Below the pieces are notes generated by a model. The model ran no database searches. It worked only from the letters and a program-made list of their open reading frames with translations, and was not told the origin of the DNA. Of a stretch of 64,000 nucleotides of DNA, positions 46,639 to 56,292 are shown in pieces. Positions within the stretch are counted from its first letter, which is position 1. Every line of letters begins with the position of its first letter. Origin of the DNA: Phycisphaerae bacterium. Lineage in GTDB: Bacteria; Planctomycetota; Phycisphaerae; SM23-33. A program made the position numbers and the translations under genes. Location of the stretch: contig JBHGBE010000006.1 in assembly GCA_041946855.1 (NCBI GenBank), forward strand, positions 16,999 through 80,998, in the 5' to 3' direction.

Positions 46639-47805
46639 ATGGCACAGGGCAACGTTCGTCGCATCTTCAGGTTAGCTTGGAAGCTGGCGCTGATAGCGGC
46701 CATCGCCGGCGCAGTTGTGTACTACGTTCGCTTTCGCCCCGTGCCGGTAAAGGCATTCGTCGTCAAGGCGGACACCGTGCAATCGGAGGTCATGGGCACC
46801 GGCGTGCTGGACGCCCGCACGAAGATCACGATCAGCTCCAAGATCACCGGCCGGATCGCGTCACTGGGCGCTGACCAGAACGATCCGGTGTCCAAGGACA
46901 TGCTCCTGGCGACGCTGGACGACAGCGATCTGCGCCAGCAAGTGGAGATGGCCACCGCAAGCCTGGAGGCCACCAAGGCGTCCCTTGTACGAGTCGAAGC
47001 CGACATCGCCCGCGCTCAAGCCGTCCTGACCCAGGCACGGTTGGACCATGACCGTTCATCGGAACTGCTCCAGAAGCATGTCGCCTCAAAGGATGAGGTG
47101 GACAAGGCCAAGGAGGCGCTCGATGTTGCCCAGGCGGGGCTCGACAGCAGCAAGGCCGCCAAGGTTGAAGCGGAGCACCAGGTGGTGACGGCCGAGCGGA
47201 CGCTCAAGTATCAGCAGGCGTGCCTGGCGTACACCAGGATCCTCTGTCCGGTGGACGATGGCTTGGTGACTTTCCGCTACCGCGAGGTCGGGGACATCGT
47301 GGTTCCGGGCACCGCCATCATGGACGTGGTGTGCCTAAAGGAAATGTGGGTATCGGCCTGGGTGGATGAATCCGCGTCGGGCGCTCTGGCCGTCGGCCAG
47401 CCTGTCCGCGTGGTCTTCCGTTCGGAGCCCCAGAAGTCATATTCCGGCCAGGTCGCCCGTCTGGCAAAACAGACCGACCGCGAGACACGCGAGTTCCTGG
47501 TGGATGTCAGCGTGAAGGAATTGCCCAGGAACTGGTCGGTCGGCCAGAGGGCCGAGGTCTATATACAGACTGCCTCGAAGGCTGACGCCCTGGCCATCCC
47601 GCAGCAGGTGCTCCTCTGGCGCGACGGAAAGCCCGGCGTGTTCGTCGATGACGGCGGCAAGGCATTGTATCAGGAAGTCGGCCTGGGCCTCAAGGGGCGG
47701 GAGAGTGTCGAAGTCCTGCGCGGGTTGAACATCGGCCAGGCGGTCGTGACCGCCGCCGACGGGGACAACAGCAAGCTGACGGATGGGCGGGCGATCCAGC
47801 GATGA
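46639..47805 (+). CDS. Efflux transporter periplasmic adaptor subunit (HlyD/MacA family)
   Basis: TM anchor, coiled-coil hairpin and beta-barrel/lipoyl motifs; its stop overlaps the next start. Confidence 0.8.
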   Translation: MAQGNVRRIFRLAWKLALIAAIAGAVVYYVRFRPVPVKAFVVKADTVQSEVMGTGVLDARTKITISSKITGRIASLGADQNDPVSKDMLLATLDDSDLRQQVEMATASLEATKASLVRVEADIARAQAVLTQARLDHDRSSELLQKHVASKDEVDKAKEALDVAQAGLDSSKAAKVEAEHQVVTAERTLKYQQACLAYTRILCPVDDGLVTFRYREVGDIVVPGTAIMDVVCLKEMWVSAWVDESASGALAVGQPVRVVFRSEPQKSYSGQVARLAKQTDRETREFLVDVSVKELPRNWSVGQRAEVYIQTASKADALAIPQQVLLWRDGKPGVFVDDGGKALYQEVGLGLKGRESVEVLRGLNIGQAVVTAADGDNSKLTDGRAIQR

Positions 47806-49013
47806 ACCTGGCCCTCAAGGACATCAAGCACAATTTCGGGCGCTTCGCGCTGACGGCCATCGGCATCGGCCTGCTGCTCATGCTGGTCATGGGCATGGGC
47901 GGCATCTATCGCGGCCTTGTGGACGACGCCACGCTGCTGGTCAACCGCATCGGGGCAGACCTTTGGGTGGTGCAGAAGGAAACTCGCGGCCCGTTCACCG
48001 AGCTGTCCCGCATCCCCGCCAATATGGAAGACCGCGTGAGGGCAGTGCCCGGGGTGTTATTATCCAACGACTTTGTCTCCTACACCATCCAGCGCGAGCA
48101 AGGAGGCCGGACATTGCGGATGACGGTCCAAGGGCTTTCCTGGCCGCAGGACAAGGGAGCGTGGCTTCCTCTGGTCGCCGGGCGCGGACTGGCACAGGCC
48201 CACTACGAGATGATCGCGGATAGGTCGCTGGGCCTGCCCCTCGGAACTCGCATGGTGTTGGGGAAGGACACCTACACGGTCGTGGGTATCACGCGCAACA
48301 TGGCGTCCACCGCCGGCGACTCGATGATCTTCGTCACGTTGGCCGATTCCCAGGCCATCCAATACGACCAGTCCGGGGAGGCCGTGCGCCTGGAGCGGGA
48401 GGCACGGAAGGTCCGTGCCTCTGATTTTGATCCGGGCAGGATCGAACCGGGGATTCTGGACCGAGCGGCCGGGCCATCTTCGGGAATCCCCGCTCTGGGG
48501 CCGCCCCCCGTCAGCGCGGTGGTGGTGAAGGTAGCGCCGGGGGCAAACGCGGCCCAGGTGGCGGCCGCGATCGCCTCCTGGCCCGATGTCTCCGTCTACA
48601 CCGCCGACGCCCAGAAGCAGCTCCTGGTCAGCGGCATGGTGGACAAGTCCAGGCGGCAACTGGCCCTGTTCCGGGGGCTGCTCATCATCGTTTCGGCCAT
48701 CATCATGGCCCTGATCCTCTACACGCTCACCCTGGACAAGATACACGACATCGCGGTGCTCAAGCTCATGGGCGCCCGAAACCTTGTCGTCGTCAACCTG
48801 ATCCTCCAGCAGGCGCTGCTGCTGGGGACCATCGGCTACGGGATCGCCTACGGCATCGGCCAGTGGGTCTTCCCGGTCTTTCCTCGGCGCGTGCTGATCC
48901 TGGATGAGGACCTGTGGCTGCTGGCGGGGATCGTGCTGGGTATCTCCGTGCTGGCCAGCATGCTTGGCATCTGGCGGGCCATGAAGGTCCGGCCCAACGA
49001 GGTGATCGCCTGA
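47802..49013 (+). CDS. ABC transporter permease, FtsX/MacB-like
   Basis: MNLALKDIKHNFGRFALTAIGIGLL..., a large periplasmic domain and a C-terminal 3-TM FtsX fold. ATGA overlaps on both sides. Confidence 0.8.
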   Translation: MNLALKDIKHNFGRFALTAIGIGLLLMLVMGMGGIYRGLVDDATLLVNRIGADLWVVQKETRGPFTELSRIPANMEDRVRAVPGVLLSNDFVSYTIQREQGGRTLRMTVQGLSWPQDKGAWLPLVAGRGLAQAHYEMIADRSLGLPLGTRMVLGKDTYTVVGITRNMASTAGDSMIFVTLADSQAIQYDQSGEAVRLEREARKVRASDFDPGRIEPGILDRAAGPSSGIPALGPPPVSAVVVKVAPGANAAQVAAAIASWPDVSVYTADAQKQLLVSGMVDKSRRQLALFRGLLIIVSAIIMALILYTLTLDKIHDIAVLKLMGARNLVVVNLILQQALLLGTIGYGIAYGIGQWVFPVFPRRVLILDEDLWLLAGIVLGISVLASMLGIWRAMKVRPNEVIA

Positions 49014-49723
49014 TGGTCGAAACAGCCAATTGTCTGGCCGTCGAGGCGTCGGGCCTGACGAAGGTCTACGGCAGCGGGAACACAGAGGTGCAGGCCCTGC
49101 GCGGAGTGGATCTGTGCCTGGCGCGAGGAGAGGTCATCGCCCTGCTGGGTCCCAGCGGCGCGGGCAAGAGCACGCTCCTGACCGTCATCGGCCTGGTCAG
49201 CGAACCGACCGCCGGCCGGATCGCCATGGAAGGCAAGCCGGTGGTCACCGATGGCCGGTTCGTCGTCGACGTGCGGACATTCCGCCGGAGGCACATGGGC
49301 TTCGTGTTCCAGAAGGCCAACCTCATTCCGTTCCTTACGGCCGCCGAGAACGTCCGCGTGGCGATGGAGATCAACGACCAGTCGCCACGGGCGGCACGGC
49401 GCAGGGCGATGGAATTGCTGGAGTACCTGGGCGTGGCGGACCGCGCCGACCATTACCCCAACACGCTCTCCGGCGGGCAGCAGCAGCGAGTGGCCGTGGC
49501 GCGGGCGCTGGCCAACCAGCCCGGCCTTATCCTGGCCGACGAGCCGACGGCCGCCCTGGACAGCGTGCGCGGCCGGCAGGTCATGGAGCTGTTTCGCAAG
49601 GTTGCCCACGAGCGGCAGTCGGCGGTCCTGGTGGTCACGCACGATCACAGGGCCCTGGACGTGTTCGACCGGACGCTGGAGATGGAGGACGGGCTGATTC
49701 ACGGAAAGGCGGCCACAGTTTAG
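49013..49723 (+). CDS. ABC transporter ATP-binding protein (MacB/LolD-like)
   Basis: Walker [10 protein letters not shown], signature [15 protein letters not shown], Walker [12 protein letters not shown]. Confidence 0.85.
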   Translation: MVETANCLAVEASGLTKVYGSGNTEVQALRGVDLCLARGEVIALLGPSGAGKSTLLTVIGLVSEPTAGRIAMEGKPVVTDGRFVVDVRTFRRRHMGFVFQKANLIPFLTAAENVRVAMEINDQSPRAARRRAMELLEYLGVADRADHYPNTLSGGQQQRVAVARALANQPGLILADEPTAALDSVRGRQVMELFRKVAHERQSAVLVVTHDHRALDVFDRTLEMEDGLIHGKAATV

Positions 49724-49754
49724 TGCAGTCGCCGGGAAGATCTGAGAAAGAACG

Positions 49755-50153
49755 ATGAAAGCCAAGGCGGAGATTGATGCCGGAGTTTGCGGGTTCAAGA
49801 CCATCGCCGTTGCCACCTGCGACGACGAGCAGCACGTGAGGATCGACATTTACAGCGGGTGCGAGAAGGTCCGCGCCATGGCCGCTTCGTTGAAGGACAA
49901 TGGAGCGGTTGACGCGTACCAGGAGATCGGCCCGGCTGGGCGGAGCGTCGTGCTGAGCGCGGCCAAAGAGGCGCTCAAAGGCTGCTGCGCCGCGTGCGCG
50001 GCCCCGGTGGGCGTGTTCAAGGCGATGCAGGTCGCGGCCGGTTTGGCGCTTCCCAAGGACATCAGCATCGGACTCAGCAAAGTCGCGGACGAGTCCGGCG
50101 CGGACGCCTCCCGCGCCTGTTCCGGGGGCGTGCCCGAAGCCGGGAGGCAATGA
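49755..50153 (+). CDS. Small Cys-rich hypothetical protein
   Basis: 132 aa with 11 Cys (GVCGFK, VATCDDE, SGCEK, KGCCAACAAP, RACSGG). Its stop overlaps the arsR start. Confidence 0.45.
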   Translation: MKAKAEIDAGVCGFKTIAVATCDDEQHVRIDIYSGCEKVRAMAASLKDNGAVDAYQEIGPAGRSVVLSAAKEALKGCCAACAAPVGVFKAMQVAAGLALPKDISIGLSKVADESGADASRACSGGVPEAGRQ

Positions 50154-50512
50154 TGCGCGAAGTGATGGCGATAACGAAGGCCCTGGCCGATGAGAGCCGA
50201 TCGCGGATCGTGATGTTTCTCCGCGGCGGCGAGATGTGCGTCTGCCAGATCGTCGAGATGCTGCGCCTGGCCCCCTCCACTGTCTCCAAGCACCTGGACA
50301 TCCTATACCGGTCCGGGCTTGTCGAATCGCGCAAGCAGGGCCTTTGGGTCTACTACGGCCTGAGCGGCAAGCCCACGCCTTGCGTGAAGAAGGCGCTCGC
50401 GTGGCTCACGTCGTGCCTGGCGGACGACCCGCGGACGGCCGAGGATGACCGCCGTAGGAAGGCCGTCATGAAGATCGACAAGGAGAAGCTCTGCTGCCGG
50501 TATCGAGGCTGA
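50150..50512 (+). CDS. arsR: ArsR/SmtB family transcriptional regulator (As(III)-responsive type)
   Basis: ...GEMCVCQIVEMLRLAPSTVSKHLDILYRSGLV...: wHTH with the CVC metalloid-binding site. GGGAGG Shine-Dalgarno. Confidence 0.8.
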   Translation: MMREVMAITKALADESRSRIVMFLRGGEMCVCQIVEMLRLAPSTVSKHLDILYRSGLVESRKQGLWVYYGLSGKPTPCVKKALAWLTSCLADDPRTAEDDRRRKAVMKIDKEKLCCRYRG

Positions 50513-50526
50513 TTGCGAGGAATTGG

Positions 50527-50982
50527 ATGTCCGGCAAACTGAAGATTCTGTTCCTCTGCACCGGCAACTCCTGCCGAAGCCAGATGGCCGAGGGCTGGGC
50601 CCGCGCCTTGAAGGGCGACGTGATCGAGCCATCCTCGGCCGGAATCGAGGCATTCGGCCTCCATCCCCTGGCCGTCAAAGTGATGGCGGAGGCGGGAGTG
50701 GACATCTCGCGCCAGCGATCCAAGAACGTCGCGGAACTGGCCGAGGTCCCTTTCGATTACGTCGTCACCGTCTGCGGCCACGCGAACGAGTCGTGCCCCG
50801 CGTGGCTCGGACGGAAGGCCCGCGTCGTCCACGTCGGCTTCGACGACCCGCCGACGCTGGCGATGCACGCCAAATCCGAGGAAGAGGCCCTCGGCCACTA
50901 TCGCCGCGTGCGCGATGAGATCAAGGCGTTCATCCTCACGCTGCCGGGTGCGTTGAAACCCAACAAGGAGCGCAAGCTATGA
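50527..50982 (+). CDS. arsC: Arsenate reductase, LMW-PTP family (thioredoxin-coupled)
   Basis: P-loop [13 protein letters not shown] and downstream Cys pair [10 protein letters not shown]. Confidence 0.85.
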   Translation: MSGKLKILFLCTGNSCRSQMAEGWARALKGDVIEPSSAGIEAFGLHPLAVKVMAEAGVDISRQRSKNVAELAEVPFDYVVTVCGHANESCPAWLGRKARVVHVGFDDPPTLAMHAKSEEEALGHYRRVRDEIKAFILTLPGALKPNKERKL

Positions 50983-52115
50983 CCGAAGGTATCGCCAGGA
51001 AACTCTCCTTCCTCGACCGCTTCCTGACCCTGTGGATCTTCCTCGCGATGGCCGCCGGCGTGCTGCTTGGCTACGTCGCCCCGGCCGTCGGCGACTGGAT
51101 CGGCTCGCTCAAGCCCGAAGGCTCGCAGACCAGCATCCCCATCGCCGCGGGCCTCATCCTGATGATGTACCCGCCCCTGGCAAAGGTGAAGTACGAGGAG
51201 CTCGGCGACGTCTTCCGCAACGTCAAGGTCCTGGCCCTCTCGCTCCTCCAGAACTGGGTCATCGGCCCGATCCTGATGTTCGCCCTGGCCATCGCCTTTC
51301 TGCACGGCAGGCCGGCGTTCATGATCGGCCTGATCATGATCGGCCTGGCCCGCTGCATCGCCATGGTCATCGTCTGGAACGAGCTGGCCGAAGGCGACAC
51401 CGAGTACGCCGCCGGCCTTGTCGCCTTCAACTCGATCTTCCAGGTCTTCTTCTACAGCGTCTACGCCTGGCTGTTCATCACCGTCCTGCCGCCGATGCTC
51501 GGCTTGGCGGGCGCCGACACCTCCGCCATCACCATCGGCCAGATCGCCAAGAGCGTCTTGACCTACCTGGGCGTGCCGTTCCTGGCCGGCATGCTCACGC
51601 GGCTTGTGCTCGTCAAGGCCAAGGGCAAGGCCTGGTATCACGGCCGGTTCATCCCCAAGATCAGCCCGATCACGCTCGTCGCCCTGCTCTTCACCATCGT
51701 GGTCATGTTCTCGATGCAGGGCCGCAAGATTATCGACCGCCCCGGCGACGTGCTGCTGATCGCACTGCCGCTACTGATCTATTTCGTAGTCATGTTCCTG
51801 TCGAGCTTCTGGATGAGCTGGAAGGCCGGCGCCGGCTACGCGCGGAGCGCGACGCTGTCCTTCACGGCCGCCAGCAACAACTTCGAGCTGGCCATCGCCG
51901 TGGCCGTCGGCGTCTTCGGCATCCACCACGGCGCGGCGTTCGCGGCCGTCATCGGCCCGCTCGTCGAAGTGCCGGTCCTCATCGGCCTGGTGAACGTGAG
52001 CCTGTGGCTCAAGCGCAGGTGGTTCGCCGGCGAGGCCGCCCAGATCCAGGGCGTCGGTGCGTGCGCCACCGGCGGCCGGCCCATCCTCAATAGAGACAAA
52101 GTTCCAGAGCAATGA
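50979..52115 (+). CDS. acr3: Arsenite efflux transporter, ACR3 family
   Basis: 10-TM BART-superfamily sequence with ...[22 protein letters not shown]...; ATGA overlap with arsC. Confidence 0.85.
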   Translation: MTEGIARKLSFLDRFLTLWIFLAMAAGVLLGYVAPAVGDWIGSLKPEGSQTSIPIAAGLILMMYPPLAKVKYEELGDVFRNVKVLALSLLQNWVIGPILMFALAIAFLHGRPAFMIGLIMIGLARCIAMVIVWNELAEGDTEYAAGLVAFNSIFQVFFYSVYAWLFITVLPPMLGLAGADTSAITIGQIAKSVLTYLGVPFLAGMLTRLVLVKAKGKAWYHGRFIPKISPITLVALLFTIVVMFSMQGRKIIDRPGDVLLIALPLLIYFVVMFLSSFWMSWKAGAGYARSATLSFTAASNNFELAIAVAVGVFGIHHGAAFAAVIGPLVEVPVLIGLVNVSLWLKRRWFAGEAAQIQGVGACATGGRPILNRDKVPEQ

Positions 52116-52140
52116 ACCAGCAAGTTGAAGGAGCCACGAA

Positions 52141-52992
52141 ATGACAGAGCTCAACGCCCACGAAGTCGTCAAGAACGCCTACGCCGAGGTCGCCCGCAGG
52201 CAGTCATCCTGCTGCGGACCGAGCAAGTCCTGTTGCGACGACAGAAAGCCCTACACCGTGCCAGATCATCCCGTGCCGGAGTCGGAGCTGGGCCTGTCGT
52301 GCGGGAACCCGCTGGCCTTCGGGCACATCAAGCCCGGCGACGTGGTGCTGGACCTGGGCAGCGGGGCCGGCAAGGATGTCTTCCTGGCCGCTCAGAAGGT
52401 GGGCGACGCCGGCCGTGCCATCGGCGTGGACATGACGCCCGAGATGCTCGTCCTGGCCCGCAAGAACGCCGTCAAGTTCTTCGCGACCACCGGCCTGGCC
52501 AACGTCGAGTTCCGCCAGGGGCAGATCGAGTCCCTGCCCGTGGACGATGGCTCGGTGGACGTGGTGATCTCCAACTGCGTCATCAACCTCTCGCCCGACA
52601 AGCCGCGGGTCTTCCGCGAGGTGCATCGCGTCCTCAAGTCCGGCGGCCGAATGGTCGTCAGCGACATCGTGCTCAACCGGCCGCTGCCGGAGGCCGCCCG
52701 CGAAGACGCCGACCTGTACTCTTCCTGCATCGGCGGGGCGCTGCTGCGCGATGACTACCTCGCGGCCGTCCGCGCCGCCGGGTTCGTCAGAGTGGAAGTG
52801 CTGTCCGACACGACGTACGGTGCCTCGCGTGCGAACGTGGCGTGCAACGATCCCATCCTCGCCGCCGCGACCGGCGGGAACGACTCGGCCTGTGGCGACA
52901 CGGCCGGCGACACGTCCGCTGGCGACAAGGCCGCCCCGGCCGATGCCTTGGCCGGCGTCGCGGCCAGCATCACCGTACTGGCCGTGAAATGA
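52141..52992 (+). CDS. arsM: Arsenite S-adenosylmethionine methyltransferase
   Basis: N-terminal Cys pairs SSCCGPSKSCCDD, SAM motif VLDLGSGAGKDVF, catalytic Cys in VISNCVINL. Confidence 0.85.
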   Translation: MTELNAHEVVKNAYAEVARRQSSCCGPSKSCCDDRKPYTVPDHPVPESELGLSCGNPLAFGHIKPGDVVLDLGSGAGKDVFLAAQKVGDAGRAIGVDMTPEMLVLARKNAVKFFATTGLANVEFRQGQIESLPVDDGSVDVVISNCVINLSPDKPRVFREVHRVLKSGGRMVVSDIVLNRPLPEAAREDADLYSSCIGGALLRDDYLAAVRAAGFVRVEVLSDTTYGASRANVACNDPILAAATGGNDSACGDTAGDTSAGDKAAPADALAGVAASITVLAVK

Positions 52993-53276
52993 TGGCCGTG
53001 TCGCTCGTAGTGTGCTCATGGATTGCACATACCGGACAACGCAGGCAATGTTAAAAGGCGTGTGTCGGGAAACATGCGCAGAAAAAACAGCATACACAAG
53101 ATGTTAATCTGGAGGATTCAAGCGTTTCCAGCTTGTGATGTAACATCTTGTGATATAATAGGTTAGATGTAATAAGCGAACAGCCGAAAATCGCCCGCGC
53201 CGAAAAAGGGTCGTTTTGCAGGACAAACCCATTTTTTGAAAATCCGTCAATTTGGCAGGTCGTGCGGGCGGCGGGC
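52993..53276. other. Strongly AT-rich (~40% GC) intergenic island with a 12-bp inverted repeat CACAAGATGTTA / TAACATCTTGTG
   Basis: Lies between the convergent arsM and top6B stops, in sharp compositional contrast to the ~67% GC flanks. Confidence 0.5.
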
Positions 53277-54959
53277 CTACATTTTCCGGCTGTGTTCCAG
53301 GACGTGCTTCAGATCGGCACAGACTTTGTTCACCTGGCGGTCCTTCAGTTCCAGGATGTCGCGCAGCGCCTCGCCGATCGCGGGGATGTATTTCTCGATG
53401 TAGGACCGTTTCTTCATCTCATCGTGGATGCGGACGGTCTTACGGATGTGAGTGCCGAGCTTCCGGCCGCACTCCTGGAGCGCCAGCCGGATTTCCTTCA
53501 GGATTTCCGGGTAGGACGCGATGGCCTCCTTCGACTCGCTGGTGAACGGCACCCAGACGCTGGCCATGTGGACGACCACGGTCAGCGGTCCCTCGGGCAG
53601 AGCGCCGCGAGCCTGCGTGATGCCGTACTGCCGCCAGTTGAGCGTGACCACCGACTTGTAGATGGAGCACGCCGACTGCTGATATAGCAGCGGCACGCGG
53701 TTGGCGAAGCGGATGAGCTTGGCGAGTTCGGAAGTCTCCTCTTCGTCATCGGCGGCGACGGCCGGCGCGGCGGCGGGGGCCTCGGCGCCGTTGCCGTTGG
53801 CCTCCCGGTCCTGATCTTCCGGCGAGTTGCCGGCCGTCTTCGCGCCGGCGGACTTCGCGCCGGCCGTTGCGGTCTGGGAATCTTCCGGCTGCTCCGGTTT
53901 GCCGTATGCGATGGCGGCCTCGATGATGAACGGGTTTCCGCGGTAGACGGCCGGGCTGCGGCTGGTGGCCACGTAGAACTCGGCCTCGACCACCTGCTTC
54001 AGTCCGCCGATGAGCTGCTCCTCGCCGATGGGCACGACGCAGTCGGTTGATGGCGCCATGATCCGCGTCTGCTGTATCGCGTTGTAGATCGCGCGGGCCT
54101 CCTCGCCGCCCAGGCGTGATGGCCGCTGGTCGGGGGAGAGATTCGCCTTCTGGCAGACCTCCAGCGCCACGCGCGGCGAGACGCGGGAGAACTCGCTCGA
54201 CAGGAAGTGGCGGAGCGTGCGGCTGCGGCTGTCGGTGAGCATCTTGATGAGCACGCCCAGCTCGATTCCGTGCGGGTGCGGGCGGATGGCCTTTGGCGGC
54301 GGCGGCAGCGATTTGTGGCTGGCCTCGTACCTGTCCGCCCGGCTGTCGGGCGCGTGGTAGACCAGCGTGACGTGCGGGTTGGCGATGGCCGTCTGCTGGA
54401 GGTAGTCATCCACGCTCTGCCGGCCGCGCTGATACTTGGCCTCAAGCTCGATCTCGACGCGCGTGCCGTGGGGCACGTCCCAATCGACCTGGTCTTCCTT
54501 GATGACGTCGGGCGTGTTGCGGCTGGTGTCGATCTGGAGCTCGCAGTAGAGGGCCTTGCCTCGCGGGTTGTGTCGCGAGGTGATGCGGACCGGCCGGCCG
54601 GTGGTCAGCAGGCCGTACATGCCCGCGGCCGAGATGCCGATGCCCTGCTGGCCGCGGCTCATCCGCAGGCGGTGGAACTTCGAGCCGTAGAGCAAGCGGC
54701 CGAAGATGTTGGGGATTTCCTTGCGGACGATGCCGGGGCCGTTGTCCTGGACGATGACCTTGAAGTGCGTCTCGTCGAGCTGCTCGATCCAGATCTCGAC
54801 GGCCGGCAGGATGCCGGCCTCCTCGCAGGCGTCGAGCGAGTTGTCGACGGCCTCCTTCACGGTGGTCAGGAGCGCCTTGCGGGGATTGTCGAAGCCGAGC
54901 AGGTGGCGGTTCTTGGCGAAGAACTCGCTGACGGAGATGTTCCGCTGTGCCTTGGCCAT
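53277..54959 (-). CDS. top6B: DNA topoisomerase VI subunit B (alternative upstream ATG at 55206-55208 would give a 644-aa ORF)
   Basis: GHKL/Bergerat ATPase motifs (EAVDNSLDA, DNGPGI, GQQGIGISAAGMYG), H2TH and transducer domains. Start chosen at MAKAQRNISVSEFF to match the archaeal Top6B N-terminus (…SPAEFF…). The upstream 250 nt are packed with heptamer repeats. Confidence 0.75.
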   Translation of the reverse strand: MAKAQRNISVSEFFAKNRHLLGFDNPRKALLTTVKEAVDNSLDACEEAGILPAVEIWIEQLDETHFKVIVQDNGPGIVRKEIPNIFGRLLYGSKFHRLRMSRGQQGIGISAAGMYGLLTTGRPVRITSRHNPRGKALYCELQIDTSRNTPDVIKEDQVDWDVPHGTRVEIELEAKYQRGRQSVDDYLQQTAIANPHVTLVYHAPDSRADRYEASHKSLPPPPKAIRPHPHGIELGVLIKMLTDSRSRTLRHFLSSEFSRVSPRVALEVCQKANLSPDQRPSRLGGEEARAIYNAIQQTRIMAPSTDCVVPIGEEQLIGGLKQVVEAEFYVATSRSPAVYRGNPFIIEAAIAYGKPEQPEDSQTATAGAKSAGAKTAGNSPEDQDREANGNGAEAPAAAPAVAADDEEETSELAKLIRFANRVPLLYQQSACSIYKSVVTLNWRQYGITQARGALPEGPLTVVVHMASVWVPFTSESKEAIASYPEILKEIRLALQECGRKLGTHIRKTVRIHDEMKKRSYIEKYIPAIGEALRDILELKDRQVNKVCADLKHVLEHSRKM

Positions 54960-54997
54960 CTGCTCGGCCGTGGCGAAGGGGCGCTTGGCCGGCAGGT

Positions 54998-55122
54998 CGG
55001 ATTGTGGATGGCGGATTGCGGATTGCGGATTGATCGCCTGGACGGCCGGCGGAGCTTTCGCGGCGGGCTTGCCCGGCTTGGCCGGAGGCGATTTCGGATT
55101 TCGGATTTCGGATTTCGGATTG
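54998..55122. repeat. Two tandem CGGATT(G/T) heptamer arrays (x5 and x4.5) in the top6B / GT2 divergent region
   Basis: TCGGATTGTGGATGGCGGATTGCGGATTGCGGATTGA (54998-55034) and CGATTTCGGATTTCGGATTTCGGATTTCGGATTG (55089-55122). The unit is identical to the feoB-internal element. Confidence 0.6.
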
Positions 55123-55346
55123 CCCGCCGCAAGCGCTTTGGCGGCCCTCTTGTCGGCCCTTGGTCCCTCGTCGCTAGTCCCTAGTCGCTTACTTGGCTTC
55201 TTGGCCATCCGTGGCGTCCCTGATGTTGAAGGTCTGCACATCAACTTCCAGCGTAATCTATGCGGTTTGCACCCGGCCGTCAAGCGATGGCAATTGCGGT
55301 CCGCCTGGAGGTTTTCACGCCCGCCGGTGCGCGGTATCATGTGCTA

Positions 55347-56078
55347 ATGGCCGAAGGCCCCAGCGCGAAACCTGCCGCGCCATTCGACGTGTCGCTCAGC
55401 GTGTTCTTCCCCTGCTACAACGAGCAGGACAACGTCGAGCGGGTGACGCGCGCGGCCGTCGAGGCGCTCGACCGCCTGGTGAGGGACTGGGAGATCATCA
55501 TCGTCGATGATGGCTCGAAGGACCACACGGGCAAGATCGCCGACCGTCTTGCCGCCGAGGACAAGCGAATCCGCGTCGTCCATCACAGCCCCAACAAAGG
55601 CTACGGCATGGCGCTGCGGAGCGGCTTCGCGGCCGCGACCAAGCCGCACGTCTTCTACACCGACGGCGACGGCCAGTTCGACATGAACGAACTGGAAAAG
55701 CTCCTGGAGAGAATGGGCCAGGCCGACATCATCAGCGGCTACCGGCGCAACCGCCAGGACAACCTGCTCCGCAGGATCAACGCGAAGTGCTGGGGCTGGC
55801 TGGTGCAGCGGATGCTCAAGTTCCGCTGCCGCGACGTCGACAGCGCGTTCAAGCTATACAAGCGGGAGATGTTCGACCGCATGACGCTCAAGTCGACCGG
55901 GGCGCTTATCGACGCGGAGGTGCTGGCGCGGGCCACGCGGCTGGGGTACACGATAGCGACCGTGCCGGTCACGCACCTGCCGCGCAAGGCGGGCAAGCAG
56001 ACCGGGGCCAACATCAGGGTCATCCTCCGGGCGTTCAAGGAACTGCTCAAGCTTCGCAAGGACATCATGCGTTCGTAG
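55347..56078 (+). CDS. Glycosyltransferase family 2 (polyprenol-phosphate sugar transferase-like)
   Basis: VSLSVFFPCYNEQDNV, IIVDDGSKD, DGDGQ (DxD-type) motifs. Confidence 0.8.
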   Translation: MAEGPSAKPAAPFDVSLSVFFPCYNEQDNVERVTRAAVEALDRLVRDWEIIIVDDGSKDHTGKIADRLAAEDKRIRVVHHSPNKGYGMALRSGFAAATKPHVFYTDGDGQFDMNELEKLLERMGQADIISGYRRNRQDNLLRRINAKCWGWLVQRMLKFRCRDVDSAFKLYKREMFDRMTLKSTGALIDAEVLARATRLGYTIATVPVTHLPRKAGKQTGANIRVILRAFKELLKLRKDIMRS

Positions 56079-56159
56079 CGCCGCCGTGAGGCGGCAGGCT
56101 GTGGGCCGCGCAATGCCCTTACGGGCACACTACCAGCAACCACGGGCGATAACATTGGT

Positions 56160-56188
56160 TTGAGAATGGGCGACTTTTCCGCTAGACT
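56160..56188 (+). promoter_or_regulatory. Sigma70-like promoter TTGAGA-17-TAGACT upstream of the PpiC gene
   Basis: Hexamers at 56160-56165 and 56183-56188. Preceded by the CGCCGCC-GTGA-GGCGGC hairpin after the GT2 stop. Confidence 0.35.
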
Positions 56189-56292
56189 AGATAATTCCGC
56201 GAACGTCTGATGCGCTTGTGCGCGTGCGGGAGAAGCGGAGTCCGAGCCCCCGGCCGTGCGGCCGATGGGCGCAATGAACAAGGAGTCTTCTG

